Source of the DNA: Methanomassiliicoccaceae archaeon
GTDB taxonomy: Archaea; Thermoplasmatota; Thermoplasmata; Methanomassiliicoccales; Methanomassiliicoccaceae
DNA: 64,000 nt
Reading direction: 5' to 3'
NCBI GenBank assembly: GCA_040776945.1
Contig: JAXGZN010000001.1
Coordinates: forward strand, 992,001-1,056,000
The notes under the pieces are model-generated. The model worked only from the letters and a program-made list of their open reading frames with translations. It was not told the DNA's origin and ran no database searches. Below are positions 29,434-38,871 of the stretch, piece after piece. The position numbers were made by a program, and so were the translations under genes. Positions within the stretch are counted from its first letter, which is position 1. Each line of letters opens with the position of its first letter.

Positions 29434-30147
29434 TTGCAGATCGAGCGCCTGAGAACATATATCCAGAACTTTGACGAGAACCTACAGGGGGGGATTCCCA
29501 AGAACCAGGTCGTTCTGCTCACCGGGACCCCCGGCACAATGAAGTCCTCGGTCGCCTACAGCATCCTCTATTACAATGCTCTGGAGAAGGGCATCAAGTC
29601 GGTGTACATGACCCTCGAGCAGTCCAGGGAGAACCTGCTGCAACAGATGAACTCGCTGGGCATGGACGACAAGCGCGCCGAGGACTACATCCAGATACTG
29701 GACCTAGGTCTGATCCGCAAGAACCTCACCCAACTCAGCGCCAAAGGCACCTGGCTCCAGGTTTTCAAGATGTACGCCGACAATCTGAAGCAGAGCTTTG
29801 GGTACGATATTCTCGTGGTCGACTCCCTTGACGTCCTGGAAATGGCCGCCCAGATGGAGGACAGTCGGCGCTCGGAACTGTTCTATCTCTTTGAGTGGCT
29901 GAGAAACCTCAACGTCACTTCGTTCCTCATATCCGAGACCACGCCGGACAACATGTTCGAGAACAGGTTCGATGAAGGTTACCTCGCCGACGGCGTGATC
30001 TCCCTTAAGCTTCAAGAGATCGGAGAGACCGATATACAGAGACGCATCAGGTGCATCAAGCTTAGGAGCACCAACCACAAGACCGGTTACTTCTCACTGC
30101 TGTTCGCGGAGGGCAAGTTCCGCGCCACCCAGGTCATCACCGAGTGA
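29434..30147 (+). CDS. KaiC-like/RAD55 family ATPase (single domain)
   Basis: GTPGTMKS, LVVDSL, EGYLADG, IKLRST; clear paralog of 26810..27523, same 237-aa length. Confidence 0.9.
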   Translation: MQIERLRTYIQNFDENLQGGIPKNQVVLLTGTPGTMKSSVAYSILYYNALEKGIKSVYMTLEQSRENLLQQMNSLGMDDKRAEDYIQILDLGLIRKNLTQLSAKGTWLQVFKMYADNLKQSFGYDILVVDSLDVLEMAAQMEDSRRSELFYLFEWLRNLNVTSFLISETTPDNMFENRFDEGYLADGVISLKLQEIGETDIQRRIRCIKLRSTNHKTGYFSLLFAEGKFRATQVITE

Positions 30148-30261
30148 TGGCCGGTACGCCGGGGACTGGAAGCAGGCCCCCTCCTTCCAAGGCGAGCCTG
30201 CCGGCGTTCGGCCCCTCCCCCAGCGAGCGATGGGCATGCGCCCATCGCCGATGATTGGACC

Positions 30262-30729
30262 TTATTCGATCTCCAGCTTCCTGGTGGCCTCGGGTGCCCT
30301 CTCCTTCTTGGGCATCTCTATGGTCAGGAGGCCGTTCTCCAGCCTGGCGGTCGCCTTTGTGCTGTCTGCGTCCTCAGGAAGAGGCACTTGGCGGTAAAAG
30401 GACAACGATTCCCTCTCCCTGCGTACATAGCCCTCCCTCTTCTCCTCCGTCTCAGCTTCCCGCTCGGCCTCGATGGTGATGCTTTCCTCACTGACGTCGA
30501 TGGAGACCTCCTCCTTCTTTACGCCTGGGAGCTCAGCCTCTACGATGTACCGCTCGCCCTCGTCCAATATGTCCACCATCGGGATCCGGCCAGTTGGGCC
30601 GCCGAACGGCATCGCCTCGCTGAACCCTGCCTTGAGGTCATCGATCAAGCGCTCCATCTCTTTCAACATGGCGCTCGTGCCCCAATATCCCATGGGGACC
30701 AGGTATCCTACTCTCTTTCTGATCGACAT
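30262..30729 (-). CDS. Small heat-shock protein Hsp20
   Basis: PMVDI, AELPGVKKE, FYRQVPLP, A-LENGLLTI-MPK; GGAGG RBS. Confidence 0.95.
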   Translation of the reverse strand: MSIRKRVGYLVPMGYWGTSAMLKEMERLIDDLKAGFSEAMPFGGPTGRIPMVDILDEGERYIVEAELPGVKKEEVSIDVSEESITIEAEREAETEEKREGYVRRERESLSFYRQVPLPEDADSTKATARLENGLLTIEMPKKERAPEATRKLEIE

Positions 30730-30764
30730 GCGAATCCTCCTGAAATCTATACAACTTCAGGTTT

Positions 30765-30783
30765 ACAACATATTATGTGTTGT
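30765..30783. promoter_or_regulatory. Near-palindrome in the hsp20 promoter, candidate operator
   Basis: ACAACA-N7-TGTTGT just downstream of minus-strand TTTATA (about 30791-30796). Confidence 0.45.
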
Positions 30784-30823
30784 CCTTTCTATAAATAATT
30801 TTGGAAAAGGTTTAGGTCGGCCG

Positions 30824-32626
30824 TCAGAAGTAGTACCAGATGCTGGCATATTCCGAGATGTCCTCTGACCTCTCATGCAGGCGCTCCAGGTAGCTCAGGA
30901 TGGGAACGTCGCGGTAAACGTAGGTCGGAGCCGAAACGATGTTCTTTTCCCATGGATGGAACTCGTATATCCTCTCGCCCTGGGGAGAGATCATGATCAG
31001 ATCATGGTTCTGCCAGTTGGTCAGGTTGTTCTTGCCCAGAGCGGGGATGTTGAACACCGGGACGTCCGTGCGCGCGAGCCCGGGTACCATTCTGGCCTCC
31101 TCCTTGCGCTCTTGCAGGATACGAGCGATGGGCACCCGGTACCACGTGGTCTCCTCCTTCCCCTTGGTATTGAATGTATAGTAGGGATCCACCCCGATCT
31201 GCTTGAGCAGGAGGCGCAGTGCGACCGTTTCGAACCTTCGGCTGTTCTCTATGGTGAATACCTGTTGATTGTATGCAGAGAGACCGTTCCTGCGAACGCG
31301 GCGTATGGACTCCATCGCCTCTGGCGTGACCTCATAGGGATGCTCGAAGTGAGTGACCAGGCAGACCTCTCGTCTTATGGGGTCGTTGAACTCGCCCAGC
31401 ATATTGACGAGGTGGTCGGTGAACCGCATCGGGAGGACCACCGGCAGGCGGGTCCCGAACCTTACTCGCTTGATATGCTCAATGCCGGCGACGCGATCGA
31501 GCAGCCGCTCAAGCCGCTCATCGGAGAGCAGGAGCGGGTCGCCGCCGGTGATCAGCATCTCGGAGACCATCGGATGCTCCTCGAACCACTCGATGGCCTC
31601 CTTCATCTTGGTCTCCGTGGCCAAAGCTTCCGGGCTGAGCACCTCGTCTATCTCCCAGTTCCTCTGGCAGTAGACGCAGATCTGGGCGCAGCTGTTGTAC
31701 GGCTTCAGGATGGCGATCATGGGGTAGCGCCGGGTCACCAGGTCGATGGGCGAGGTGTCGCCCTCCCGCATGAAGTCCAGCGATCCCCTGCCCCTGCTGT
31801 CGAGGATCCCTTGGACGTAGCTCAGCGGAGGAATGACCTGGGCCCTGACCGCATGGTCATGCTGCCGGTGGGGCTCGTAGTCTATCAATGACAGGTAGTA
31901 CGGTGTGATGCCGAACGGTACATGGTTCTTCACTGCCAGATCGATGGCCTCTCTTTCCTCGGCAGTAAGCTCTATAAGTCCCTCGAGATCACTGGCCTTC
32001 TTCCGTACATGCCGGAGCTGCCACCGATGGTCGTTCCAGTCCTCCTCGCTTGCTCCCAGCTCGTTCATGATGCGCCTTCGGTTCGCCTCCCTGCGCTCGA
32101 TCACCTCGGGGTCAAGTCCAGTGGGGTAGGAGTCGATCTTCTCGTAGCACCTAGCGGACAGCACGTCCAAGAAATCGGAGCGGACCCTGGCGGCCTCACG
32201 CCCGAAGCTGCTGGTGAAATCGGGCGATCCCTCAGTGGCCATTCCCGACGAGCCGACCGCTCCCTTGACGATATGGTAGAAATCGACGAACAGCGCCCGG
32301 TCCTCGGCCCTAAGCTCCGGGCCGTGGACGATGCGGACCATCTCCGCCAGTGTGCTGCACCCGGCCGCCTTCTCGTTCCTCGCCGATATAAGGTTACGGA
32401 GCGCCAGGATGCAGAACAGCGCGCTCACCCGTTCCAAGGCATCCACGTCGCAGGATGGGGAATGATAGGAGAGTTCCAGGTGGTGAAGATGGTCGAAGGT
32501 CCTTGCCCTGATGTCCTCCAGGTCATCGTTCGATGAAAGAAGGTCGAATAGCGTTGGGTCATATCGCCTCAGGTGCTCCACTTGGATCGATCCTAGGATC
32601 GACGCTCCATCGATGCCCGCATTCAT
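30824..32626 (-). CDS. KamA (lysine 2,3-aminomutase-like) radical SAM protein with N-terminal extension
   Basis: ITPYY, RRYP, CAQICVYCQR, ITGGDPL, RFGTR-PV, THFEHP, PYY; GGTGA precedes ATG 32626. Confidence 0.88.
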   Translation of the reverse strand: MNAGIDGASILGSIQVEHLRRYDPTLFDLLSSNDDLEDIRARTFDHLHHLELSYHSPSCDVDALERVSALFCILALRNLISARNEKAAGCSTLAEMVRIVHGPELRAEDRALFVDFYHIVKGAVGSSGMATEGSPDFTSSFGREAARVRSDFLDVLSARCYEKIDSYPTGLDPEVIERREANRRRIMNELGASEEDWNDHRWQLRHVRKKASDLEGLIELTAEEREAIDLAVKNHVPFGITPYYLSLIDYEPHRQHDHAVRAQVIPPLSYVQGILDSRGRGSLDFMREGDTSPIDLVTRRYPMIAILKPYNSCAQICVYCQRNWEIDEVLSPEALATETKMKEAIEWFEEHPMVSEMLITGGDPLLLSDERLERLLDRVAGIEHIKRVRFGTRLPVVLPMRFTDHLVNMLGEFNDPIRREVCLVTHFEHPYEVTPEAMESIRRVRRNGLSAYNQQVFTIENSRRFETVALRLLLKQIGVDPYYTFNTKGKEETTWYRVPIARILQERKEEARMVPGLARTDVPVFNIPALGKNNLTNWQNHDLIMISPQGERIYEFHPWEKNIVSAPTYVYRDVPILSYLERLHERSEDISEYASIWYYF

Positions 32627-32911
32627 GTTCTCACCCGTTCCCCGATGCTTCTCATCCATCGCTAGTCGCTCATTTCGCATGTCATCCCTTCTGACCCTGT
32701 GAGCCGCAATCTGAAAAGAATGGCCTCTCAGGTCCATCTTTAGATACCGCTCATCATATTTCCCATTTTCACCAGTAAGCATGGGTTCTTGCTATGGAAA
32801 GATGAGATGACCTAGACGATCTGCCAGCCCCAGGCCGTTCTGCCCGCTGAGCGCTATGGAGATGGTGCGGCTGTACAAAAATTCATATATGGTCATCGGG
32901 TTGAGCGCTAC

Positions 32912-32984
32912 GGGCTCATGGTCTAGCGGTTATGACGTCTCCCTCACACGGAGGAGACCGCCGGTTCGAATCCGGCTGAGCCCA
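32912..32984 (+). tRNA. tRNA-Val (anticodon CAC)
   Basis: Acceptor stem GGGCTCA/TGAGCCC, anticodon arm TCTCC-CTCACAC-GGAGG, T arm GCCGG-TTCGAAT-CCGGC; CCA not encoded; TATA-like element about 25 nt upstream. Confidence 0.96.
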
Positions 32985-33199
32985 CTCATCCTTCTATCCA
33001 GATTATTATTTGAAAATTCTGGCCCTGTTGCAGAACCCTAACGACCAAAGCCACTGGAATACAGTAGGTCGGATCAGGTCGAACGGAGCGCGCTTGACCC
33101 GGACCTCGTTTTTCCTATAGTCCTTCGTTCAGCATTTGATCGGTACTCGAGAAGCGCGGAGATCACGCTGAACGCCGTTTCGGCGCGCGCTCGCTTGGC

Positions 33200-33350
33200 G
33201 TACAGGCCAAGCAGGGAGTGGCCTCGTACCTCGGAACCCGGATCTATTACGAGATAGAGAGCATGGGCGCGCGCCTGAACATCAGCCTGGACCCGGACCG
33301 GATGTACGAGAAAGGAGAGTCGATCTGCATCAGGTCGCCCCTTCAAAGAT
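33200..33350 (+). pseudogene. Probable gene remnant resembling the C-terminal TOBE domain of an ABC ATPase
   Basis: GVASYLGTRIYYEIESMGARLNISLDPDRMYEKGESICI resembles the TOBE_2 pattern; in-frame TGA at 33137 and no ATPase domain upstream. Confidence 0.45.
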
Positions 33351-33644
33351 TTGGGCGGTCAGACGCGACGGCAAAACAGCCTGCGGCGACAGGGCGATAT
33401 TGCAAGGCCTATTGCCGTACAGTGCCACGGCCGCCTAGGCCATCGAACGGAAGGCCGCCTGTGGAGCGGCCTGCGGAGGGGCAGGGACGCTGGGCTTGTA
33501 GCGAACGTCAGGGCCGTGAGGGCGGGCATGAGGGTCATGGGCATTGTGAGGGACCGGTCGGCGTTCGCGCCACGAAGCCTCATGAGCGGCCTCGCAATCT
33601 ATTTCCGTCCTCCCGTCATCCAAGGTCTCCGATGCGGAGGCAAT

Positions 33645-35618
33645 ATGGCCGTTCCCGGCCCTGATAGGATCATAGGCCTGGGGGTCGACACCGGAGGCAC
33701 CTTCACCGACGCGGCGGTCGTGGACATGACCTCGCGAAAGGTCATGGCCCGTTGCAAGTTCCCCACTAGCCATGATGATCTGATGAGGGCCCTCCACCTG
33801 TCCATCGACGAGACCATCGAACTCAGCGAGGTCCCCGCTTCCAGGATAGACATCGTCTCCGTCTCCACCACCTTGGCCACCAATGCCATCCTCGAGGGCA
33901 AGGGGGGCGATGTAGGCCTCATCGGCATCGGGTGGAGACCCCAGGAGGGGTGGGCGCTGGGGGCCAGGAACCAGGCGTTCATCCGCGGAGGCCACGATCC
34001 CAACGGGAGGCCGGTGGACGCCCTGGACCTGAACGAGGTCAAGGCGGCGATAGACGCGGTCGGAGAGGGGGCCGATGCGCTGGCCATATCCGGCCTGTTC
34101 AGCGTGAACAACCCCAGCCATGAGAACGAGATCAAACGGATGGCCATGGAGCGCACCGGCCTTCCGGCGGTCGTCGGGCACGATCTCACAGGGGAGCTGG
34201 GCATCTACGAGCGCACCGTGACCGCGGTCCTCAACGCCAGGCTCATCCCATCGATAGTGGAGTTCCTGGACGGTACGGTCGGCTCCCTCCGGGCGCGGGG
34301 CGTGGAATGCCCGGTGATGGTGGCCAAGGGGGACGGGAGCCTGATGAGCGTGGAGGCGGCCAGGGAGCGGCCGATCGAGACCATCCTCTCCGGCCCGGCG
34401 GCCAGCGCGGTGGGCGGGATGTTCCTCTCCGGAGAGAGGGACTGCATCGTGATCGATATGGGCGGTACGTCCACCGACATCGCCCTGCTGCACAACGGCC
34501 GGTCCGGCGTGTCCGAGGAGGGCACGACCATCGGAGGGTGGCGAACCAGGGTGCAGACGACGGACATGCGGACCTGCGCCATGGGCGGCGATTCCGAGAT
34601 CTACTCGGAAAAGCACGAGGTCCGCATCGGCCCGGAGAGAGCCGTCCCTCTGTGCATGGCCTCATTGGAGCATCCCGGCCTCATCGACCGATTAAGGTCC
34701 TCTGGCAATTACCGCTTCTATAGGGTGAGCAGAGAAGCCATCAATGGTTTGTCCTCCGGAGAGAGGGCCATCCATGAGCGCCTGCGCTCTCTTGGGCCGC
34801 AGACGCTGGATGAGCTGCGGGTCGGTCTGCCCGAGGTGCTGTTCGTTGACGATCATCTGCACTCCCTTATCAGGCGAGGCCTGGTGGTGAGGCTGGGCTT
34901 CACGCCGACCGACCTGCTGCACGTCCTTGGGAGATATGTCAAGGGAGATGCCGCTGCCTCGGAGGCCGCCCTAGGCATGATCGCCGCCTCCCTGGCCAAG
35001 AGCAAGGAGGTCATGGCCGACGAGCTCTTGGGCCGGATAGTGTCCAACATCTCAGAGGAGGTTCTGAAGATGGCCTTGTTCGGGAACGCTAGGGTGGACG
35101 TTGATGACAGCGGCTACAGGAGGCTCATGGACCTGTTGACCGGAGCAAGGAAGGCTCAGGTCGTGGACCCCAGACCGGTCCTCGACCGGCCGATCATCGG
35201 TGTGGGGGCACCTGCGGGAGCGTTCATACCCCTGGTCGGCGCAAGGCTCGGGGCCAGGACGGTCCTGCCTGCCGATCATGACGTAGGCAACGCGGTGGGA
35301 GCGGTCACGGGCAAGATATGCGAGTTCGCCAAGGTAACGGTCGTTCCGATGAACGACCGATTTCACACCTACTCTCCGCTGGGCGTCCCCATATCCCATC
35401 CCACCATGGACGCCGCGCTCGATAGCGCCAAGCGCATCGTCTCGGAGATCATAACCCGCAAGGCCAAGGCCTCGGGGGCCAACGGAAACATCGAGATCAG
35501 CATCGAGATGGATGAGGTCAAGGCGATCGTCGGCCATCCAGTGGCGCAAGAGGTCATCTCCCACATCGATGTCCGTGGCTTTGGCATCGCAGAGCCGGAC
35601 CTTGCGCGCAGGCCATGA
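33645..35618 (+). CDS. Hydantoinase A/oxoprolinase family protein
   Basis: GVDTGGTFTDA, STTLATNA, TAVLNA, ETILSGPAAS, DMGGTSTD, GNAVGA; GGAGG before ATG 33645. Confidence 0.9.
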   Translation: MAVPGPDRIIGLGVDTGGTFTDAAVVDMTSRKVMARCKFPTSHDDLMRALHLSIDETIELSEVPASRIDIVSVSTTLATNAILEGKGGDVGLIGIGWRPQEGWALGARNQAFIRGGHDPNGRPVDALDLNEVKAAIDAVGEGADALAISGLFSVNNPSHENEIKRMAMERTGLPAVVGHDLTGELGIYERTVTAVLNARLIPSIVEFLDGTVGSLRARGVECPVMVAKGDGSLMSVEAARERPIETILSGPAASAVGGMFLSGERDCIVIDMGGTSTDIALLHNGRSGVSEEGTTIGGWRTRVQTTDMRTCAMGGDSEIYSEKHEVRIGPERAVPLCMASLEHPGLIDRLRSSGNYRFYRVSREAINGLSSGERAIHERLRSLGPQTLDELRVGLPEVLFVDDHLHSLIRRGLVVRLGFTPTDLLHVLGRYVKGDAAASEAALGMIAASLAKSKEVMADELLGRIVSNISEEVLKMALFGNARVDVDDSGYRRLMDLLTGARKAQVVDPRPVLDRPIIGVGAPAGAFIPLVGARLGARTVLPADHDVGNAVGAVTGKICEFAKVTVVPMNDRFHTYSPLGVPISHPTMDAALDSAKRIVSEIITRKAKASGANGNIEISIEMDEVKAIVGHPVAQEVISHIDVRGFGIAEPDLARRP

Positions 35619-35675
35619 GGGAGCGGTCGGACGCTTCCGCTCGATGCAACTCCCCTGCCCTCCCGGCACGCGCCC

Positions 35676-36233
35676 TCAGGCTACCAGCAGCTCGGCCTGT
35701 CTCAGCTCCTCGGCGAGCTTTTCGACCGCGACCCCAACGTCCTCAGGTCTCCTCGCGCCGGTGCACACCAGTCTCCCGGACCCGAACAGCAGGATGACGA
35801 CCTTGGGATCGTCCATGCGGTAGACCAGGCCGGGGAACACCTCCGGCTCGTACTCCACCCGCTCCAGGCCCAAGGTGATGACCACCGATGCCAGGTTGAT
35901 CGGGCTCTCCAGGTTGGAGGAGGCCACTATGTTCTGCACCTCCACAGTCGGCGATCTCTCGACCTTGACCCCTGCCGCCCGCACGCTCTCGGTGACCTTG
36001 TCGACCGCGATCTGCACATGCTTCAGCGTCTTCGCGCCGGTGCACACCAGCTTGCCGCTGCGGAACAGGAGGGTGGCGGTCTTGGGGTTCTTCAGCCGGA
36101 ATACCAGCCCGGGGAACGATTCAGGATTGTACTCCGATCCAGGCATGGACTGGACCAGCTTGCTGAGGTCAAGCTCGCATCCGAGGCTCGCGGACGCCAC
36201 TATGTTCTGTATCTCGTAGTTGGTAATATCTAT
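35676..36233 (-). CDS. tbp: TATA-box binding protein (start inferred at ATA 36233)
   Basis: Two TBP repeats: IQNIVAS..YNPESFPGL..FRSGKLVCTGAK and VQNIVAS..YEPEVFPGL..FGSGRLVCTGAR. Confidence 0.95.
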   Translation of the reverse strand: MDITNYEIQNIVASASLGCELDLSKLVQSMPGSEYNPESFPGLVFRLKNPKTATLLFRSGKLVCTGAKTLKHVQIAVDKVTESVRAAGVKVERSPTVEVQNIVASSNLESPINLASVVITLGLERVEYEPEVFPGLVYRMDDPKVVILLFGSGRLVCTGARRPEDVGVAVEKLAEELRQAELLVA

Positions 36234-36991
36234 GCCCCGAGGCGGGTAGGTACTTCCCTATATAAGCCGGAAGTGCCTGCCTTCATCCCGATCGTCGGAC
36301 GTTCGGCCCTTTTCATCCACATAGTTCGAGTTTTTTACCTGCGCCCGCAGGTTGCAGGTCGCGCCCGACCCGTGGTGGAGGAGCTGTCACGCACCCATGG
36401 TTCGGCCTTATGGCCGAGCACGGAGAAAGCCATCGGAAGAAGGACAAGACCATGGGGCTAAACATCGGCCTCAAGTACTGTGGCTGCGAGGTCATCGCTC
36501 CCCTTATGATCAAGCTCGCCAGGAAGCACGTGCTGCCCGTCGGACGCCCTGGACGGCCGGTAGCATGATGGTGATAGGGAACTTCCGGTGCATCGAAGGA
36601 GGGCTTCTCGCACTGTCCGCCCCCGCTTCACCTTTCCATCAAAGCCCTTCAGCTCCACGTTCTTGTCCTTTCTAAAGGAGGAAGCCTTTAGCAATAATTG
36701 GGCGAGCGTCATCCATCGGTCGACCCCTTGGCCCTGGCCTCTCTTAGGACTGTTCCGAACGAGCACCGATGCCATTACGGCACATGGATGTTGCATGTGC
36801 CATGGATTTCAGTGCTCGGGCCTCCTACGAGCCGCCGGAGGAGAACGGGCCTCTGGAGGCGCTCAAAGACCGCTTCCAGTTCCACTATCACATCGGCCGT
36901 GCGCAGGACAGGGCCAGCATCGTGGAAAAGGCCACAGGCCCCATCTTGCCATATACTTTGGTGGTGCGGGCACCTGGACAAGAAGACCGGA

Positions 36992-37081
36992 TCATAAAAA
37001 TGTTAGATAGATGACGAAGCCCGCTGCCGCTGCGGCGATCTCTATGGCAATACAAAGGATGGTGATGACAAGCTTGCTCAT
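36992..37081 (-). CDS. Small single-pass membrane peptide (29 aa), not in the ORF track
   Basis: MSKLVITILCIAIEIAAAAAGFVIYLTFL; GGGAGG just upstream of the ATG. Confidence 0.5.
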   Translation of the reverse strand: MSKLVITILCIAIEIAAAAAGFVIYLTFL

Positions 37082-37332
37082 GGCCCTCCCGCCGAACCTT
37101 CTCTCAGAGGGCCGGCTATCTAATCCTTACCAACGTTCCTGCGTCTCCGGGAGAACCATGTTGATATATCCGGGCGTGCTTTTCCCTTATAGGTTGGAAC
37201 AAATGAGCTGCCGTGGCGTCGCCCATCTCTCATCGGTGCGGTCCTTCAGCTCCAGCTTTGTTTTTTGACGGCCTGCGCGTGAGCACGCGGCAGGCCTGAT
37301 CGTTCCATCCTTCGAACACGAGGTGAAATGGC

Positions 37333-38130
37333 ATGAGCTATACTGGAAAGGCAGTGCGCATGGAGAGGATAATCAATAGGGAGACCGGCAGGACGGTCAT
37401 CGTCCCCATGGACCACGGAATGAGCCTGGGTCCTATAGGCGGGCTGGTGAACATGTCAGCGACGGTGGACCGGGCCGCCGAGGGCGGGGCCAACGCCGTC
37501 CTCGGACATGTTGGCCTGGCGCTTCACGGCCACCGCCGGCACGGAAAGGACATAGGGCTGATAATGCATCTGTCCGCATCCACCAGTCTGTCACCGGATC
37601 CCAACGACAAGGTCCTGGTGACATCGGTGGAAGAGGCCCTGAAGATGGGTGCCGACGGAGTGTCGGTGCACATCAATCTAGGCGCGGAGACGGAAGGGGA
37701 CATGCTGCGGGCGCTGGGGGCCACCGCAATGAAGTGCCGGGAGTGGGGGATGCCCCTGGTGGCGATGATGTATCCCCGTGGCAGAAAGATCACCTCCGAG
37801 AACTCCGCCTGCTACGTGAAGATCGCGGCGCGGGCCGCGGCCGAACTGGGGGTGGACATCGTGAAGACCAACTACACCGGGAGCATCGAGACGTTCCGAG
37901 AGGTCACCAGCGGCTGCCCCGTCCCCGTCGTGGTCGCCGGCGGACCTAGGATGGAAACGACCGAACAGATACTGGAAATGGTGCGTGATTCCATAGAGGC
38001 AGGGGGCGCTGGGGTGGCCATTGGGCGCAACATCTTCCAGGCCAATGATCCGGTGGCCATGCTCAAGGCCGTTACAGCCATAGTGCAGGAGGATGCCACC
38101 GTGCCGGAGGCGATGAGGTTACTGAGGTGA
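37333..38130 (+). CDS. DhnA-family class I aldolase, probably 2-amino-3,7-dideoxy-D-threo-hept-6-ulosonate synthase
   Basis: [40 protein letters not shown]; GAGGTGA RBS. Confidence 0.85.
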   Translation: MSYTGKAVRMERIINRETGRTVIVPMDHGMSLGPIGGLVNMSATVDRAAEGGANAVLGHVGLALHGHRRHGKDIGLIMHLSASTSLSPDPNDKVLVTSVEEALKMGADGVSVHINLGAETEGDMLRALGATAMKCREWGMPLVAMMYPRGRKITSENSACYVKIAARAAAELGVDIVKTNYTGSIETFREVTSGCPVPVVVAGGPRMETTEQILEMVRDSIEAGGAGVAIGRNIFQANDPVAMLKAVTAIVQEDATVPEAMRLLR

Positions 38131-38871
38131 TCATCTCTCCCTCCATCTGGCCTTCCTCAAGCCGATGTACAGGAAGATCGCAGAAAGGGAGATCACCACC
38201 GCCGCGTCCATAAGCATGACCTCTGTGGGAACTACGGTGAAGCCGGCGAGCGCCTGTGCCAGGCGCGCGGTGTAGGTGGTCGGCGATAGGTAGGCCAGCA
38301 CCCGAAATGGTTCCGGTATCAAGGTGAGGGGGTAGTACACCGGGGCCAAAGTGGAGAACAGGGTGGTGATGAGGCGTGAAAATCCAAAGCTCTGGACGAT
38401 GTCCGAGGAGATCGTGGACAGCGCGAACCCCAAGGAGACCGAGGAGAGGAACATAAGCAGAAGTATGATCGCGATGGCGGTGGCCTGGAACCAGGTGACC
38501 GGCACGAAGAGCGCGAACAGTATCACGAGGACGAGCAAGGCAGGAGAACTGTAGACGATCTCAGCAATGGCCATGCCCGCCACGTACGTTCCAGGGCCGG
38601 TCGGGGAGGCCACCACCATCTCCTGGAGCCGAAAGTCGTTCTTCAGATGAGATAGGTCGGCCTGGAGGAACATGCCGCTCTGGAACATAGTCATGATCAT
38701 CCCGCCCAAGATCGCAACGCCAAGGAGATCGCCGTGGCTCACAAAGAAGATGAGGATGAGGAACGACAGGGGAGAGATCAGCGTATTTATCAGGATCACT
38801 GGATAGGCCCTCATCTCGTAGATCGCGTTCACGAGGATGGATGCCAGCAACTGGCTGGAAAGTTTGCTCAA
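38131..38871 (-). CDS. ABC-2 type exporter permease
   Basis: About six hydrophobic segments; PVYYP-LIP..LSPTTY motif; overlaps the ATPase gene. Confidence 0.88.
   Translation of the reverse strand: MSKLSSQLLASILVNAIYEMRAYPVILINTLISPLSFLILIFFVSHGDLLGVAILGGMIMTMFQSGMFLQADLSHLKNDFRLQEMVVASPTGPGTYVAGMAIAEIVYSSPALLVLVILFALFVPVTWFQATAIAIILLLMFLSSVSLGFALSTISSDIVQSFGFSRLITTLFSTLAPVYYPLTLIPEPFRVLAYLSPTTYTARLAQALAGFTVVPTEVMLMDAAVVISLSAIFLYIGLRKARWRER

Noticed and set aside
32728-32757. Minus-strand ATGATGA...CTGA with 9 nt complementary to the 16S TTAGATACC motif
   Set aside because: Too short for a two-guide C/D RNA, the match is not adjacent to box D, there is no terminal stem, and a 9-nt match can arise by chance
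36300-36990. Short ORFs between tbp and the aldolase (e.g. 36769..37014, 36458..36796)
   Set aside because: No recognisable motifs and conflicting frames; possibly decayed sequence, but unsupported
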